A DNA stretch of 64,000 nt from Camelus dromedarius (taxonomy: Eukaryota): the NCBI RefSeq assembly GCF_036321535.1, contig NC_087437.1:55740001-55804000 (forward strand), in the 5' to 3' direction. The translations under genes and the position numbers were made by a program. This document shows positions 38,391 to 51,470 of the stretch, in pieces. The notes below the pieces were generated by a model. It was not told where the DNA came from and ran no database searches. It was given only the letters and a program-made list of their open reading frames with translations. The first letter of the stretch is position 1. Every line of letters begins with the position of its first letter.

Positions 38391-41109
38391 TCAGAAGCGT
38401 ATGGTGCAGGTGTAGGGGGGTGTGCGTAAGAAGAAATAAAATGGTCTCTAAATGATGGTCTCAGATGTCCCTTTTAGCATTAATGTACCCCAAATGGATC
38501 TATGATTTGATCTCAAACTAAAATCAAATTAACAAACTTTTAAGTAGCTACTATTTATGTTAACCTTGACTTTCATTTTTCCATCTAGATTCCCTAGTTA
38601 GGAAAGGAGAGGAGGGAAAACTCAAATCTGACAATTTTCCCAGTGAGATGTGCCAACAAGCAGATTTGACCTACTCCTCTCAGAGTCACAGTGGAAATCA
38701 AAGGGGGGGTGACCTGATATTTGAGGATCATGTGTGAGTTTTCATTTACCTTTGCAGTCTTCTAAATATTGACCATGACTCAAATGTATTATGGTTGCTA
38801 AATAAAAATTGTAAGAATATGGACCATTTGAGGAATGAGTTGGGAGAGAAGAAGGTGAATGTTATATTTTAAAGAGATGCTCAGACTGAAGATTCAGTGC
38901 CCCGGTTTGTCATAATCTTACTCACAGATTCAGGACACACCACTGACAGTGTCATTGACTCGGCCCTTTGACACTGTAACTTAGATGCTCACCCATTACC
39001 TTGCAGAGAATCTATCTGAATGACAAAACTTGGTGAATAAAAAAGAATAGTTAAAGAAGAGAATATAAGTACTTAAGATGGGAGTAGTGTACACCGACTT
39101 CATTCACTCAGCAACTGAGTTACAAAGAATGCCTCCGTTTTATGTTTATTTTTTGTTGGGGCAGCTGCTCCATAGCTTCTGTGCACACGCGCGCACGTGT
39201 GTGTGTGTTTGTGTGATTTAAAATTATGTATGATGTTTGCCACATTTCTTTCCATGACTTGTACACAAAAACTGCACTGGATTCCACTGGTGGAAATGAT
39301 TTCTTCATTATTAGGAAGCTGTAATACTTAGTTCCTCTTTATTTGTAAACATGTCGTTGAATCCTTAAGTCAGTGTCAGTCTCTGCTGGAAATTACCCAG
39401 AGTTTTTAGATGCAGCTCTCCTCTTGTGTTTTTCTTATTTTTTAATCTCTTTGTGATGACAGTTGCAGAATTGTCCAGTTAACAATCAATGCAGATAATG
39501 TCTCCTTACAAAATCAAACCGTTGGCCTCCCCGGGCCAGAAGATCTGGCCTAACCACTCGGGTCACAGAGGCACACCTACTTGGTTGCACCACTTTTTAA
39601 TCGGGCTGGGAATCAGGCTTGGGAGGCTGGAAGTAAGTCAGTTTATTGCGTCTGTAACAGTAGGAAGCTCAGGAGACCAACACGAAGCGAGGGAGAAAAC
39701 TCCTCCAGGGGAAAGAATATCTTCGGGAGTCATTTGTGGCCACAGGCCCTCTCATTTTTCCCACTGAGCTTGCAAACAAATTGATGGGCTCTGGGGCTTG
39801 ATTCACCCTCACCATTGGCGCCGGCATGCGAGAGGGTAATCTCCTCTGTGACAGGCAACTTGTGTGGCACAGGAGCACGTGTGCAGCCTTAAGCATAGTT
39901 TGTGTGTGAACTTGAATATAACATTTAACCCTCAGTATCCTGATTTCCTTATCTGAGAATTGAGAATAATGTGTCTTAGGGATCAAACCAGGTATCATCT
40001 GGCAAACAGAATTTGAGTGCTTACTCTGAACACTTTCCAAGCTGCAGGAAGTGCAGAGCTAAGGTGGGCATCACCTTGGTCCTCATATTTTAGTGTGGGA
40101 CTCATGAAAAGAGAATTAAAACAGAAAGAGATGAGGCTGTAATAACACAGGTATCCCTAGAATTGGGTAAAGAATTTAGAAGCCAGAGTAACTGGCTGCT
40201 TAGCGAAGATAAGAAATGATCCAGGGATGCTAGACTGTGGGTGCAGATGATGAGTAAAATAGAGGAAACAAGTTATACGGGACTGGAAGAATGCATTTGT
40301 GTTTGTCTGTCTGAGAGAATGGAGGAGCCAGGGTGTGCAAAGCTGCAACATTGGGAAATATAAGATCTATTTGTTCTTAAGTGGTAATGTGTAATATATA
40401 TCCTAATGCTCTTATTATACAATCCCCAAACTCTGCAGCCATCTTTGCCCATTAATAGGACTCTTTTAAGTAGAAGCACTCAACTAAGACTGTCCTAGAC
40501 AGAAACGTAGACTACTTTAAAGCTAGAATTGCTCATGGGGTCAATACCACCACTTTGTCATGTATGTGGGTTTGGTTTTCCTTTTTGATAAGCAACCCCC
40601 AGAGTTTACCTCCAAACCTTCCTTAATGAGGTTTCTCATTCCACATTCACTTTACTTTCTTCTATACTCAGAGCCCCTGGGACAAAAATAACAATCAGGA
40701 AGCCACTTATTTTTATGTCTTTTTTATTTTTTTGGACCAAGACTCCTGGACCCTACACTTAGAGCTATTTGTACTTTTATTGCCATGGCCTTTTGTCACA
40801 GAGTGAGGATTACAGCAGCCTGGTGACATCTGTGCCCGGGAGAGGAGCCAGTACATGCTGCTTTCCCAGTTCTGGAAAAACACCATGGCTTGTCATTTCA
40901 AAATTACCTCCACCCTCCTGATGGAGGTGATAGGGATGTCAGTTATACTGGGTCCGGCTAGGGCTTCAGTCTTTCTCTTCCCTGATCATTTTGACTTCTT
41001 TTTTTAATGCAGCTTTCTTCATTTTATGTGGTGTTTTTCTGCCCAAGCAGACGTTGTCACAGCAGTTGCATGGTAAGAGTATAGTTAATTTCCTTTAAAA
41101 GTTATGGAG

Positions 41110-41775
41110 ACCATAAATGCGTGGGTTTATTTCTGGACTCTCTTTCCTGTTCCATTGACTATGTACCTGTTTTTGTGCCAGTACCATGCTCTTTTGATTA
41201 CTGTAGCTTTGTAGTGTAGCCTGAAGTCAGGGAGAATGATTCCTTCCATTCTGTTCTTCCTCAAGGTTGTTTTGGCTATTTGGGGTCTTTTGTGTTTCTA
41301 TACAAATTTTAAAATGATTTGTTCCAGTTCTGTGAAACATTCCATTGATATTTTGATAGCGATTGCATTGACAGGTGAATGGATACAGATGTAATATGTA
41401 TTCATATGTACTTACACACAATGGACTGCAACTCAGCCACAGAGAAGAATGAAATTTTGCAATTTGCAGCAGCATGGATGGACTTGGAGGGCATTATGCT
41501 AAGTGAAATAAGTCAGAGAGAGAAAGAAAAATATCATGTTATATAACTTATATGTGGAATATAAAAAATACAACAAACTAGTGAATGAAACAAGAAAGAA
41601 GCAACCCCACAGATATAGAGAACAAACTTGTGGTTACCAGTGGGGAGAGGGAAGGGGGAGCAATACAGGGGTAGGGGAAAAATGGTTATTAGAGGATTAT
41701 ATGAAATCATATATGTGAAGCTGTTGAAAACTGTAAATCACTATAGAATTTTAAAACCTTTCATTCAATTGAAGA
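41110..41775 (+). mobile_element. L1 insertion with 5' inversion (antisense ORF2 piece 41110-41371, sense ORF2 end/3'UTR 41366-41775)
   Basis: gggtttatttctggactctc...gtaccatgctcttttgattactgtagctttgtagt (antisense ORF2) joined to gcagcagcatggatggacttggagggcattatgctaagtgaaataagtcaga (sense 3' region). Confidence 0.85.
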
Positions 41776-43267
41776 AAATGTGTATGGAGTATTTGAGAAT
41801 GTCAGGCCGAGACAGGACTTCAGAAATCCTTCAGGAACTGGCCAACCCTTTGCTGTACTTTAGGGGGCTGAGTAACAGAGAAGCTAGACAACTACTAGGG
41901 GGTCACATAGCAAGTCACAAGGTGCATAAACCGAACTTAAAAATACACACACACACACGCACGAACCATATTTACATACGTCATTTTTTCATACTTAGGA
42001 TCTAGATGTAGTACAAGCATGCATCATGCAGCTAGGAGTATGAGTGAAAACAGGGCTCTAAGGATGACTTGGTTCCACCCCAGTGGTCCCTGATGCAAAG
42101 GTAGGTGCATACTGGCATAGGAGGGATTCACACATAGGATCATTGGAGTCTTCCTGAAGTAACAAACCGGTGACTTCTCTGTTCTGTTTCCTGAAGCTGT
42201 ACTGTGTTTCCCAGTGGGAGACATACCGTATAACTAAAGAGGAGTGTGGACCAGTGGGTTGAAACCAGAAAAGGACTCTAGAACTCTCTTTTTCCGAGTC
42301 TGAATTAAAAGAGACAAAACGATTTTTTTCCCCTGGAGTTCATCCAGGACTCCAAGGTAAATACACCTCATTTTTATTTTGCCTAGGGATTTTTTTTTTT
42401 TTCCTGGAAAGGGTGGAGAGGATTTACGTAAGAAATAAAGCTGAGTTGCCTCAAAATACAGCCTCCAGGAAGAATGAGGCATCCCATGCCCAACCTATAC
42501 TCCTGCTGAGGAGAGAAAAAATGAGGAACTAAAAGTGAAGCCTAAACATCTGCAGCTTGAGAGAAAGATTGAAAGCTTGATAGAAATCAACTGGTCTATG
42601 AAAATCAACTGCCTTTACTGGCTCTTTAGAGAGGAGATACCACAGGGAAAAGATGTGAGATATAAAGTTGATAGGGAAGTTGTCTGTCATCAACAATAGT
42701 AAAATTCAGGCCATAGTTAAACAGAAACACATGCACACCAAGGAGACTAGGATCACAAAAGTATAAGATGTGAAATATCTAACAAAATGAAGTCCAATTA
42801 ACAGATTTGAAAACTGCAAGATGGACAGGGAAGTGCCATGCTTCAGGTAATGTAATCAGTTTGCTGGCAGAGCCAGAATGTAACCCAGAGTGCATGACTC
42901 TTGGGACAATACCATTTACACATGATCCTTAAAGACAAGGTGGGTTGACTTCCCTATGGTTTTAGGCCGGGTGAATTATTTAAAAGCTGGTACCATACTG
43001 AAGTATGTCCCAGTATGGAAACAGAAGGAAAGGCGATGTGTTATGCAGTTAGCTTGAGCGATTATTTGTTGATTATCCATCCACTTAACAAAAAGGACTG
43101 ACTCGAAATTAGAGTTGAGACCTGGACCCCAGATTTCTACTGTTGATTCTAGTGCTCTCTCACTCCTCCAAGCTGGCAATTGACCGTGTGGTCTATGACC
43201 ACTTACTGTGGCAGCAGCTGCTTGGAGGATATGGAAGTAAGTAAAAAGGAGAGGAATAAATAGAGGC

Positions 43268-43478
43268 TTTTTTTTTTTTAAGCTCACTATTGATTGATTG
43301 AAGTATATAATAGACTTACCATATGATCCAGCAATCCCACTCCTGGGCATATATCCAAAGAAAACTCTAATTTGAAAAGACACATGCACCCTAATGTTCA
43401 TAGCAGCACTATCTACAACTGCCAAGACCTAAATGTCCACTGACAGATGATTGGCTAAAGAAGTTGTGATGTGTGTAT

Positions 43479-43509
<31 letters not shown>

Positions 43510-43545
43510 ATGGAATACTACTCAGTCATAAAAAAGAATGAAATA
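43268..43545. mobile_element. L1 fragment (sense ORF2 C-terminal/3'UTR) behind a poly-T tract, with internal (CA)n(TA)n
   Basis: ccatatgatccagcaatcccactcctgggcatatatcc...gacacatgcaccctaatgttcatagcagcacta...aatggaatactactcagtcataaaaaagaatgaaat. Confidence 0.85.
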
Positions 43546-43899
43546 TAGTTTTAATCAGACCATCTATTGAAATATTAGAAAATTGAGTGTTTAAAAAATA
43601 AGAATTTTAGAAGGTATTTAGTAGCATGTCCAAAACAACAGATATGAGAAATAAAAGTGTACTGAAATCACTGCTATAGGGTTGGTTAGGAAGTTAAATG
43701 TTATAACATAGGGTGATACTTTGCTTTTACAGATGAAGATTCAAAGAAGCTAAGTGAGCACACCAATATTCAAATATAGGTTGGTTTGATTTAAAATATG
43801 CACTTTCCAAAGTAGACCAGTTAATGGGGATGGAGATGAGTATGTTCACTTTAATAAATCATGTATAATAGCAATAGGAGAAAGTTCATTTTGTTTGTA

Positions 43900-45130
43900 T
43901 ATTTTCACTCTAAAATACTAAAGTATTTAAGATAATTGTAGCTGCTAATGATGTTGTGATAGGGTGAGCTCTGTTTTACGTTGATGGTTTAAACATAAAC
44001 TGGTATAATATCTGGAAATCACTTTAGTAGTATCTATTGGCCTTTAAAATATTTTAGTATCTTTTAATCAAATAATGCAGCTTCTAATAATGTATTTTAA
44101 TAAAAAGTACGGTACTTTTTTGCTTTAAAATTATATTGTTAAAGAAAAATAGAAACAAATTGAATGCCAATTAATGGCTAACTTAATTCAATAGGACTAT
44201 ATAGCAATTTAAAAACACAGGGTTTAATAAAAATACCTGAGTATAATGACCTGAGTATGTAATCATATTAACAGGTTATATTTAAAAAATAAGCATATGT
44301 ATGTATTTATTACATATATACATATTTAATAAAATATAGCCTTAATATATATTATCATATATTCAGTTTTAAAGCACACAGATGTGTATGGAATACATAT
44401 CTTTGGAAGAGAATATGCCAATATTTTAATAGTGGTTAACTCTAGGTTTGAGGATAAATGGCTAAGAAGTCATTTTTATGTAACAAACTAATCAGAATTT
44501 CTCTTTCAATATATATAATACTAAAAAATAAATAAACTTGGAAAATATGTGACATATTTGAAAGAGGGGTAATATCTTTATTAATGAGGAAAACACTACT
44601 GCTCTAATAGGGTAGGGATTGGAGGAGAAAGCAAAGGACATTAACAGGTGGTTCAAAGAAGAAATGCAAAGGGCTAATGAACACATTGAAATATGTTTAA
44701 TTATGCTCTCAATCAAGAGGATTCATATTAAAATAAGAAAAATTATTTTTCGCTTGTAAAGTTGGAAAACATTATTCTAACACTGTGGTTCTTATCCTCA
44801 CACAAATGCAATTTGATTCAGCCCTTTGGAAACTAACTTGATTCTGTACCTGTCAAGTAACTTGGTTCATAACCTTTGACCCAGTGCTTTTACTTGTAGG
44901 AATACTTAACATGGGAAAATGCTCTTAGTACTATGATAACTAAAAAATTATATATTGGATATAATCCAATTTTGCTTACAGAATACATACATAACCATAG
45001 CAGAAAGACCATGGGAACTTTTAACAGTAATGCTCTATGAGTGTTATGCTTACAGGTGATATTTATTTTTTAGTTTTTGTCTCTAAATATCACACTATTT
45101 TTGCACTCTAAAATTTTAAAATGCAAATTA
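43900..45130 (+). mobile_element. Cluster of old, AT-rich L1ME-like fragments
   Basis: ggagaaagcaaaggacattaacagg...gaagaaatgcaaagggctaatgaacac and aatattttaatagtggttaactctagg-type 3' UTR motifs. Confidence 0.55.
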
Positions 45131-45394
45131 AAGACAATATTGGAAATGATCTTATCTTTTTCCATATGTATACATATTTGCTTTGGACTGTTTTGGATCC
45201 CTTTATAAGTAAGGCACTATCTAAATCCAGGGAAGTGGTTAAAATGCTGTTATTATAATTATAGAGTGGGATGTCTGGTAAATGAGCTGTAGGACTGCTA
45301 CAGACATGACAGCGGAGGAGGGATAAATATGTGGGAGGGAGATGAAAATGAAGACACAGTCTAACCCTACAGCACAGTGTCTGTGTGGATTTGG

Positions 45395-45570
45395 GGGTAG
45401 AAATATACAGGTTTGAATCTTGATTTCAACATTGAGCATCTCAGTGTCTTCATCTTCATCTGTAAGATAGGAGTAATAACAGTACACACATCATACTCAT
45501 AATTTATGAGAATTAAATGAGTTTGATATATAGAAAGTCCTTTGAAGAGTATCTGACTAGTAAAATATAC
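45395..45570 (+). mobile_element. MIR SINE
   Basis: ggtttgaatcttg...ttcatcttcatctgtaagataggagtaataacagtac...tatgagaattaaatgag. Confidence 0.7.
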
Positions 45571-46329
45571 AAAGAGAGAATCTAAACACTGTCCACCATT
45601 TTACCTTCACTTGAAGCTTTACAAAAATAAAAATATATATACGTATAGCTTGAGTACATCTGTACGATTTAGGACAGAACTTGTCTCCCCTTCTGTACCT
45701 AGAAAGCTTAATCATCTTTTAGAGCCTGGCTAGCGACCCTAAAATGGATGTGACCTTTTATCTTGCTTGAGAATTTAGCTTTAGACTTAAGAGAGAATTG
45801 ATTCGGTGAATTAATTTAGTGACCTTCAATAACTTCTACAAATGCTAATTCTTCTCACCTATCTGGAGCAAGAAAGGAAGGAAATCACTTAACTTGGGAA
45901 AGATTAGTGCTCTGAAAGTCACCAGTGTGCCCTGCTGGTCTGGTCATCCTTTGAGTTTTTTGGTGGCTGATATTAAAATGATCTAATTGATTTTGTGCTG
46001 TAGCAACTTGGAAAGTCCCAACATTTCTTGACTTTCACACGTGCTCTGTAAAACCCCAGCCGCTTTTGACTATTGCAGGCTTACCATGCTGACAAGTTTC
46101 CTTCTTCACAAATAATTATTGAAGGTTTGAAGTACTGTCCTTGGGTTAAAGTATCATTTTTCTCTCTCTTCTGTTGTAATTAGGTGCTGTACCCTGATTC
46201 CTACAGGAAAGGCATCCGTGTCATAATAAATACTTTGAGTAAAGAGTCCATAGTTCAAGTTTGTAGTTTTTTTCTTACAGAATTAAATTGTTTAATTGAA
46301 CTTACATTCATCAAGCTTTTTGACATAAA

Positions 46330-46830
46330 ATGTGATATGATGAACAAAAATGTATTCCGACCTCCAAAGTTCATAGCCCAGTGGCAGAGACAGACAAATA
46401 TACAAATTTTTGCACTGTGAGGTAGTGTTTTATTATTGTTTTTATATACATTCATGTAAAATAGGATAAGATTGAACATGTAGGGAATTGGAGAACTCTT
46501 CATGAAGGAGGCATTTAAAGAATCTGAAAATGCTTCAATTTTTCAAGTAAAGAGAATGAAGACCTTCCAACCTGAAGGACCAGACTGAGCAGAGGGGCAG
46601 AAATATCCGCTGGGGCCAGCAGGTAGCGAGCAGCATGGACTACAGGGGTGATAAGGCTGAGAGGGCAGCCTGCGACCGGCCTGTGTTGAGGTGTAGAAGG
46701 GTCTTGAGTGCCTATAGAAATAGTTGGTTCTGTCCCGTTGGCACTGATGCATTCTGAGGAGTGACATGATCATAGCTGTCCTTTAGAAAAGATAAACTGA
46801 TGGCGAGGGTCTGCAGAGGGAGTGGATAAT
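46330..46830 (-). mobile_element. L2 LINE relic
   Basis: gacctccaaagttcatagcccagtggcagagacagaca...gtagaagggtcttgagtgcc...gaggagtgacatgatcatagctgtcctttagaaaagataaactg. Confidence 0.7.
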
Positions 46831-47299
46831 GTGAAGATATTGCTAGATACTCATTTTTCTACCTCATTCAGGTAAATTTTTGGTTAAAGCATAGAGGGTT
46901 GAGACGTTTAGAACAAGGTATATACTCTCTCTTGGAATCTCAACTGCCATTATAAAAACAAGCCACCAGTCTTTGTTTACCTTAATAAATGATTACCTAA
47001 TCCTACCAAATTTAGCCAAGCCTCTTCTGACTTCACTATTCTCTCAACTCAGTAGAACTAGGATCTTCATGAGGGAACCCACGAAAACACTTAACTCCAT
47101 TTTATGGCTTCTTGAAACAACCATTTCCCTATTCTCTATACTTACCCCAGCCATAGGGGGCAGACATGGATCTGGGAGATAAAATTGCTTCCGGGAGATA
47201 AAATTGCTTCCATTTTTAACTTTCAAGATTTTTCTAGGTACCCTGTTATTCCCTAGCCAACCTTACATAGCGTGGATTCAGAACTTCAAATACTTCCTG

Positions 47300-47834
47300 T
47301 GTGCCAAAGATATATATAGTTGCTTGACTTTCTCACATAGAGATTTAAAATCAGGCCATTGATACTTGGTATATTATAAATTACATGCCAAATTAGAGAG
47401 TAAAAAAATTATTCAATAAAATGATGAAGATGAATTATATATTTTGGGTAGGAGTGGCTCTTCATTTGATTCTCACCGTAATATAAATTCCAGAAAGTTA
47501 AAAGATTTGCATGTGAAAAAATTCGAAACCCCATAATAATATGAAGTGATAATATGGCTGAAGGATTTTATAACGTTGGGCTGGCAAAGGCCTTTGAAAC
47601 TATCTCTGGAAAGTAATAAATCATAAGAGAAAAATGATAAATTTGTCTATGGAAAAAATTAGAATTCTTCTACACCAAAAAGCAAACCATAAAACCATAT
47701 ATGAGTTTGAAACACCAGAAACACATATTCATACACATACACACACACACAGTCAAACACACAGCAGAAAAATATTTTCAACACTTATGATATGGGATTA
47801 ATATCTCTAATCTATAAAGAGCTTCTATGAAACT
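47300..47834 (+). mobile_element. Old L1M ORF2 relic (host of the following young L1)
   Basis: aatataaattccagaaagttaaaagatttgcatgtg...ggcaaaggcctt...ggattaatatctctaatctataaagagcttcta. Confidence 0.6.
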
Positions 47835-48051
47835 ATTTTTTATATATTTTTATTGAAGTATAGTCAGTTTACAATGTTGTGTCAATTTTTGGTGTATAGC
47901 ACAATGCTTCGGTCATATAGGAACATACATATATTCGTTTTCATATTCTTTTTCACCAGAAGTTACTGCAAGATATTGAATATAGTTCCCTGTGCTATAC
48001 AGTATGAACTTGTTGTTTATCTGTTTTATATATATTAGTATCTGCAAATCT
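47835..48051 (-). mobile_element. Young L1 3' end (antisense), same family as 49481-49610
   Basis: ttttattgaagtatagtcagtttacaatgttgtgtcaattt...aagatattgaatatagttccctgtgctatacagt. Confidence 0.88.
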
Positions 48052-49480
48052 CAGTTAAGAAGAATATTCAACAAAATTTTGACAGTATTATTCCAGTAAA
48101 ATATATGTGTTAAATCTTACATCCTGAATGACTTCTGCTTCCAATGCACTGGAGTTGCAGCTGTGGCATCTGCATCCAGGAGACAGGGCTGACTCCTGAT
48201 TCTGAGCCCATGAAGGTTTGAGGAATTTGAGGGAAATGGCTGAGAATGAAACATTAGGAGCTGTAAGTAAAGTTAAATAAAGTTGTTCTGACTCCTGAGG
48301 ACTTGGGAAACCCACGTAAGATCTTCAAGTTGGTTTCTTTATCTGCAAAATGGGGATAATAATACTTAAGTACATCACTAGGTTGTTAGGAAAATTAATG
48401 CACATTAGTAAACCTTTGAGATCCAAGATAAGCATTGTTGCGTGGCAAGTACCGGGAACGGTTGCTTCTCTGTCACCTCCTGCTTAAATAAATACATGAT
48501 ATTTACACCAGATATTTACTCCTGTTCTCGAATCAAACATTATCAGATGTGTTTTAATTAGTTCTTTTATGGAAATGTTTGTGCTGAATTCAAATGTAAA
48601 TGGATTAGTAGTTATTAGTAAATTTATTATGAGGATATCTCAAAGCAAAAAACACAGGTTTCCCCCTACTCCCAATGCATTGTTCCTTTTTCTTTATGTC
48701 ATTTAAGCATCTTAGTATCTGTGCAGCTCAACTGCTTCATTGTACAGTTCAGAGATGAGCAGATTGAGGTACAAATATCCAAGTAAAAGAAGAGAAATGC
48801 GAATAATCCTCTAAATTACTTTCATGAATTCTGGGCAGAGACTCTTATCTTTGTAATGGTCTTTAGAAATCATTTAGTTCTGCCTCTCCTTTCACAGATG
48901 AGGAACTTGAATTCAGAGTGGTTAAGTAACTCGCCCTGAGGGCCCAGAGTTGGGAACAGTTGCTATATCTCATCGTTACTCCCGTAACCCCCAGTCCAGT
49001 GCTCCTTCCCCTCAAGTTGCCAAAACACACAAGGAGCCTTAGCAGACACAGCATATCTTATATGTATGTAAGATGTACACATCTCCCATTGCATCTGGAA
49101 TCTTGGTAGACATGTTACATAGAGAGCACAGTCAGTCTTGCACATGCTGAAAGCTAAAGAGGTAGATAGAAAGAATTTGATTTTTTTTTTATCCATCAGA
49201 TCCTGCTGGGAATCTTCTGACTTTGAGAAAGATTTTTGCTTACATTTTGATAGAATATCATCAATGTCTAAAACTGTGAGTCCTAGATTTAGTTCAAATG
49301 GTGACACTAATTTATTAGTGTGAAAAAGAATCCAGTAGTGACATTCTGGGCAGTTGTGCTAATAGCATTTACTCCAGACAGACTCCCAAACCTGACTCAT
49401 TCGAAAATGCAGAGGTGGGGCCCATTTCCCTGGAAAGTCTTATTCAGTAGATCTGAGGCCAGGTATAGAAGTCTGTTTTT

Positions 49481-49610
49481 AAAAGAATATGAAAAGGAAT
49501 ATATGTATGTGTATGTACGACTGAAACATTATGCTGTACACCAGAAATTGACACAACATTGTAAACTGACTATACTTCAATAACAAAAATTAAAAGATAA
49601 AATAAAATAA
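49481..49610 (+). mobile_element. Young L1 extreme 3' end (sense) with A-rich tail
   Basis: aaaagaatatgaaaaggaatatatgtatg...gctgtacaccagaaattgacacaacattgtaaactgactatacttcaataa + A-rich tail. Confidence 0.85.
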
Positions 49611-51299
49611 ATGAACTATTACCAAGGCTTACTCAGCCACCAAAAAAACCCAAAAAAAAACCAAACAAAAAAAACAGGCACTTTGGATGATTCTCAGGGT
49701 CACCCAAGTTTTTGAACCACTGGGATAGAGCACAGCATTAGGGAAACAGCTATCTGCTTTCTGCTATGGACTCGGAAGCTGTCAGTGGGTGTTGAATTTA
49801 AACACATAGTGTAATTAAATTGCGTTTTGCAAGTTATTTCTTTTTTTTTTTCTTTTTTTTCTTTTTTGGCCTTGTAGCCAGTGTTTATCTGGTTAATTAC
49901 AGGTAGTAAGAGGCCATCTTCCCAATATTTCAGTGAAGAAATGAACATCACATCTGCTATAAATTTGTAGCACTACAGTGTTGTCATATTCCTGGACACT
50001 TGTGATCAAATGATATTACTGAATTATTTTTTTGCAAAAAAAAAAGAAGCATTCCTACCAGTAACTTAGGGGCTTTAAAATAAATATCAACCATAGTCAT
50101 ATCATCCTTTATGTGCATGCATATTTATGGATGCAAAAAGTGAAGTAAAGAGGAGGCACATCCCAAGTCATGAATGTATTTGCACACTTTATTTTTAAAG
50201 TTGATATTCTATCCTGGTTTCTAATTTTCTTCTAATCTTCCAAGCTTTAGAAGAAATCTAAATATTCTCTTAGAGATATCTTGGCCAGTTGTAACTTTCA
50301 GGCAGGACAGTGGGAATTTGGCTTCCCAAATGTGGGTCGAGGAGTGGTGTTTAGATATAAATCTAACTGAATTACATAGAGTACTCAAGAGTAATGAACA
50401 TATTTTAGTGAATCGCACAATCACCATCAGGGTACACTTCATCTTCTCTAAATCATGGCAAGCAAGGCCAGATTCAATATGAATGTTGCTATATATTTAT
50501 GTAAATATATGTTTAAGGCAAAAGCTATTTGGTCTCTCACATTTTAAGATTTATTCTTTCCATTGGTAATTTATTACCTGTTTATAAAAAATATTATCTT
50601 TGAACATTAATAAAAACTAGATACTAGATATGGTAGAGGAAATAAATATTCAAATAGATAAGCTATGGTATTGATTCCACGTCTCAAGAAATTATGATAG
50701 AAAGAAGCAGGTTTTTTTTTTTTGTTTTTCCAAGGGCTTTAAAAAAAAATGGGCACTTTTCCCAGGATTTCTGTTTCCTGTACATAATATGGATGTTTGT
50801 TTGTTTTTACAAGTTAGCGGGACCAATGGTTTAAATTGTTATTGAAACAGGCTCTAAACAATCAAGCAGTTTATGTTGGCATAGTTTTGTATGAAACCAC
50901 TGGCATTTCTCTGGGGAGAATAAGCTGAAAACGCTTCGCCTATCAGGCAGGGGATTTCAATTTTTACGTTCAGGACACAGAAGCATGGATTTGAGTATCT
51001 TCCCCAAATTTCTGACTTTGTGTAATCTTTCTGGCAACTCCACATCTAGGTTAAACACAAGACAACAAAAAACAGTTTCCAAAAGCTTTCTCTAAAGTTT
51101 TACTTTTCAGTTGCAGAGTGTAAAATAACTTTCTGAAGTGCCTTCTGTGAGTCCTGGTGGTGGCATGGTTTGTGGTTTGTTTGGGGAGATTTTGTTTTCA
51201 GGAGAGAGTGCACTTTCTTATGAAAGAGACAAGGGAAAGTTTTACCTGTCTGTCTCTCTCCTGCTTTTTTTTTTCCCCCTCTCTTTCTTTCTTTTTCTT

Positions 51300-51470
51300 T
51301 TAAAGATTGGTGATAAGGAATTCTAACTACTTAATGAGATGGGAGAGGCCTCACTCCATTGGAGTGGAGGAGTCCAGGTGGAAGTTGATGGATTGGACAG
51401 GTAAAGAGAAGAGTCCCGCCCCTCATGCCTATAGTTGGGTATATATCAGGGAACCTAAAATTATGTACAG
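51300..51470 (+). promoter_or_regulatory. TP63: deltaNp63 (P2) core/proximal promoter: three inverted CCAAT boxes, GC box, TATA
   Basis: ATTGG at 51306-51310, 51358-51362 and 51392-51396. CCCGCCCC (Sp1-type) at 51415-51422. TATATAT at 51440-51446, directly upstream of exon 3'. Confidence 0.9.

Noticed and set aside
42976..43425. Longest ORF (149 aa, minus strand)
   Set aside because: Begins in the antisense of an L1 fragment and crosses a poly-T; no recognisable protein.
51425..51467. ATG at 51425 opening the 109-aa ORF in frame with deltaNp63
   Set aside because: It lies upstream of the TATA box, so it is not in the expected mRNA. The ORF tail after 51652 is intronic.
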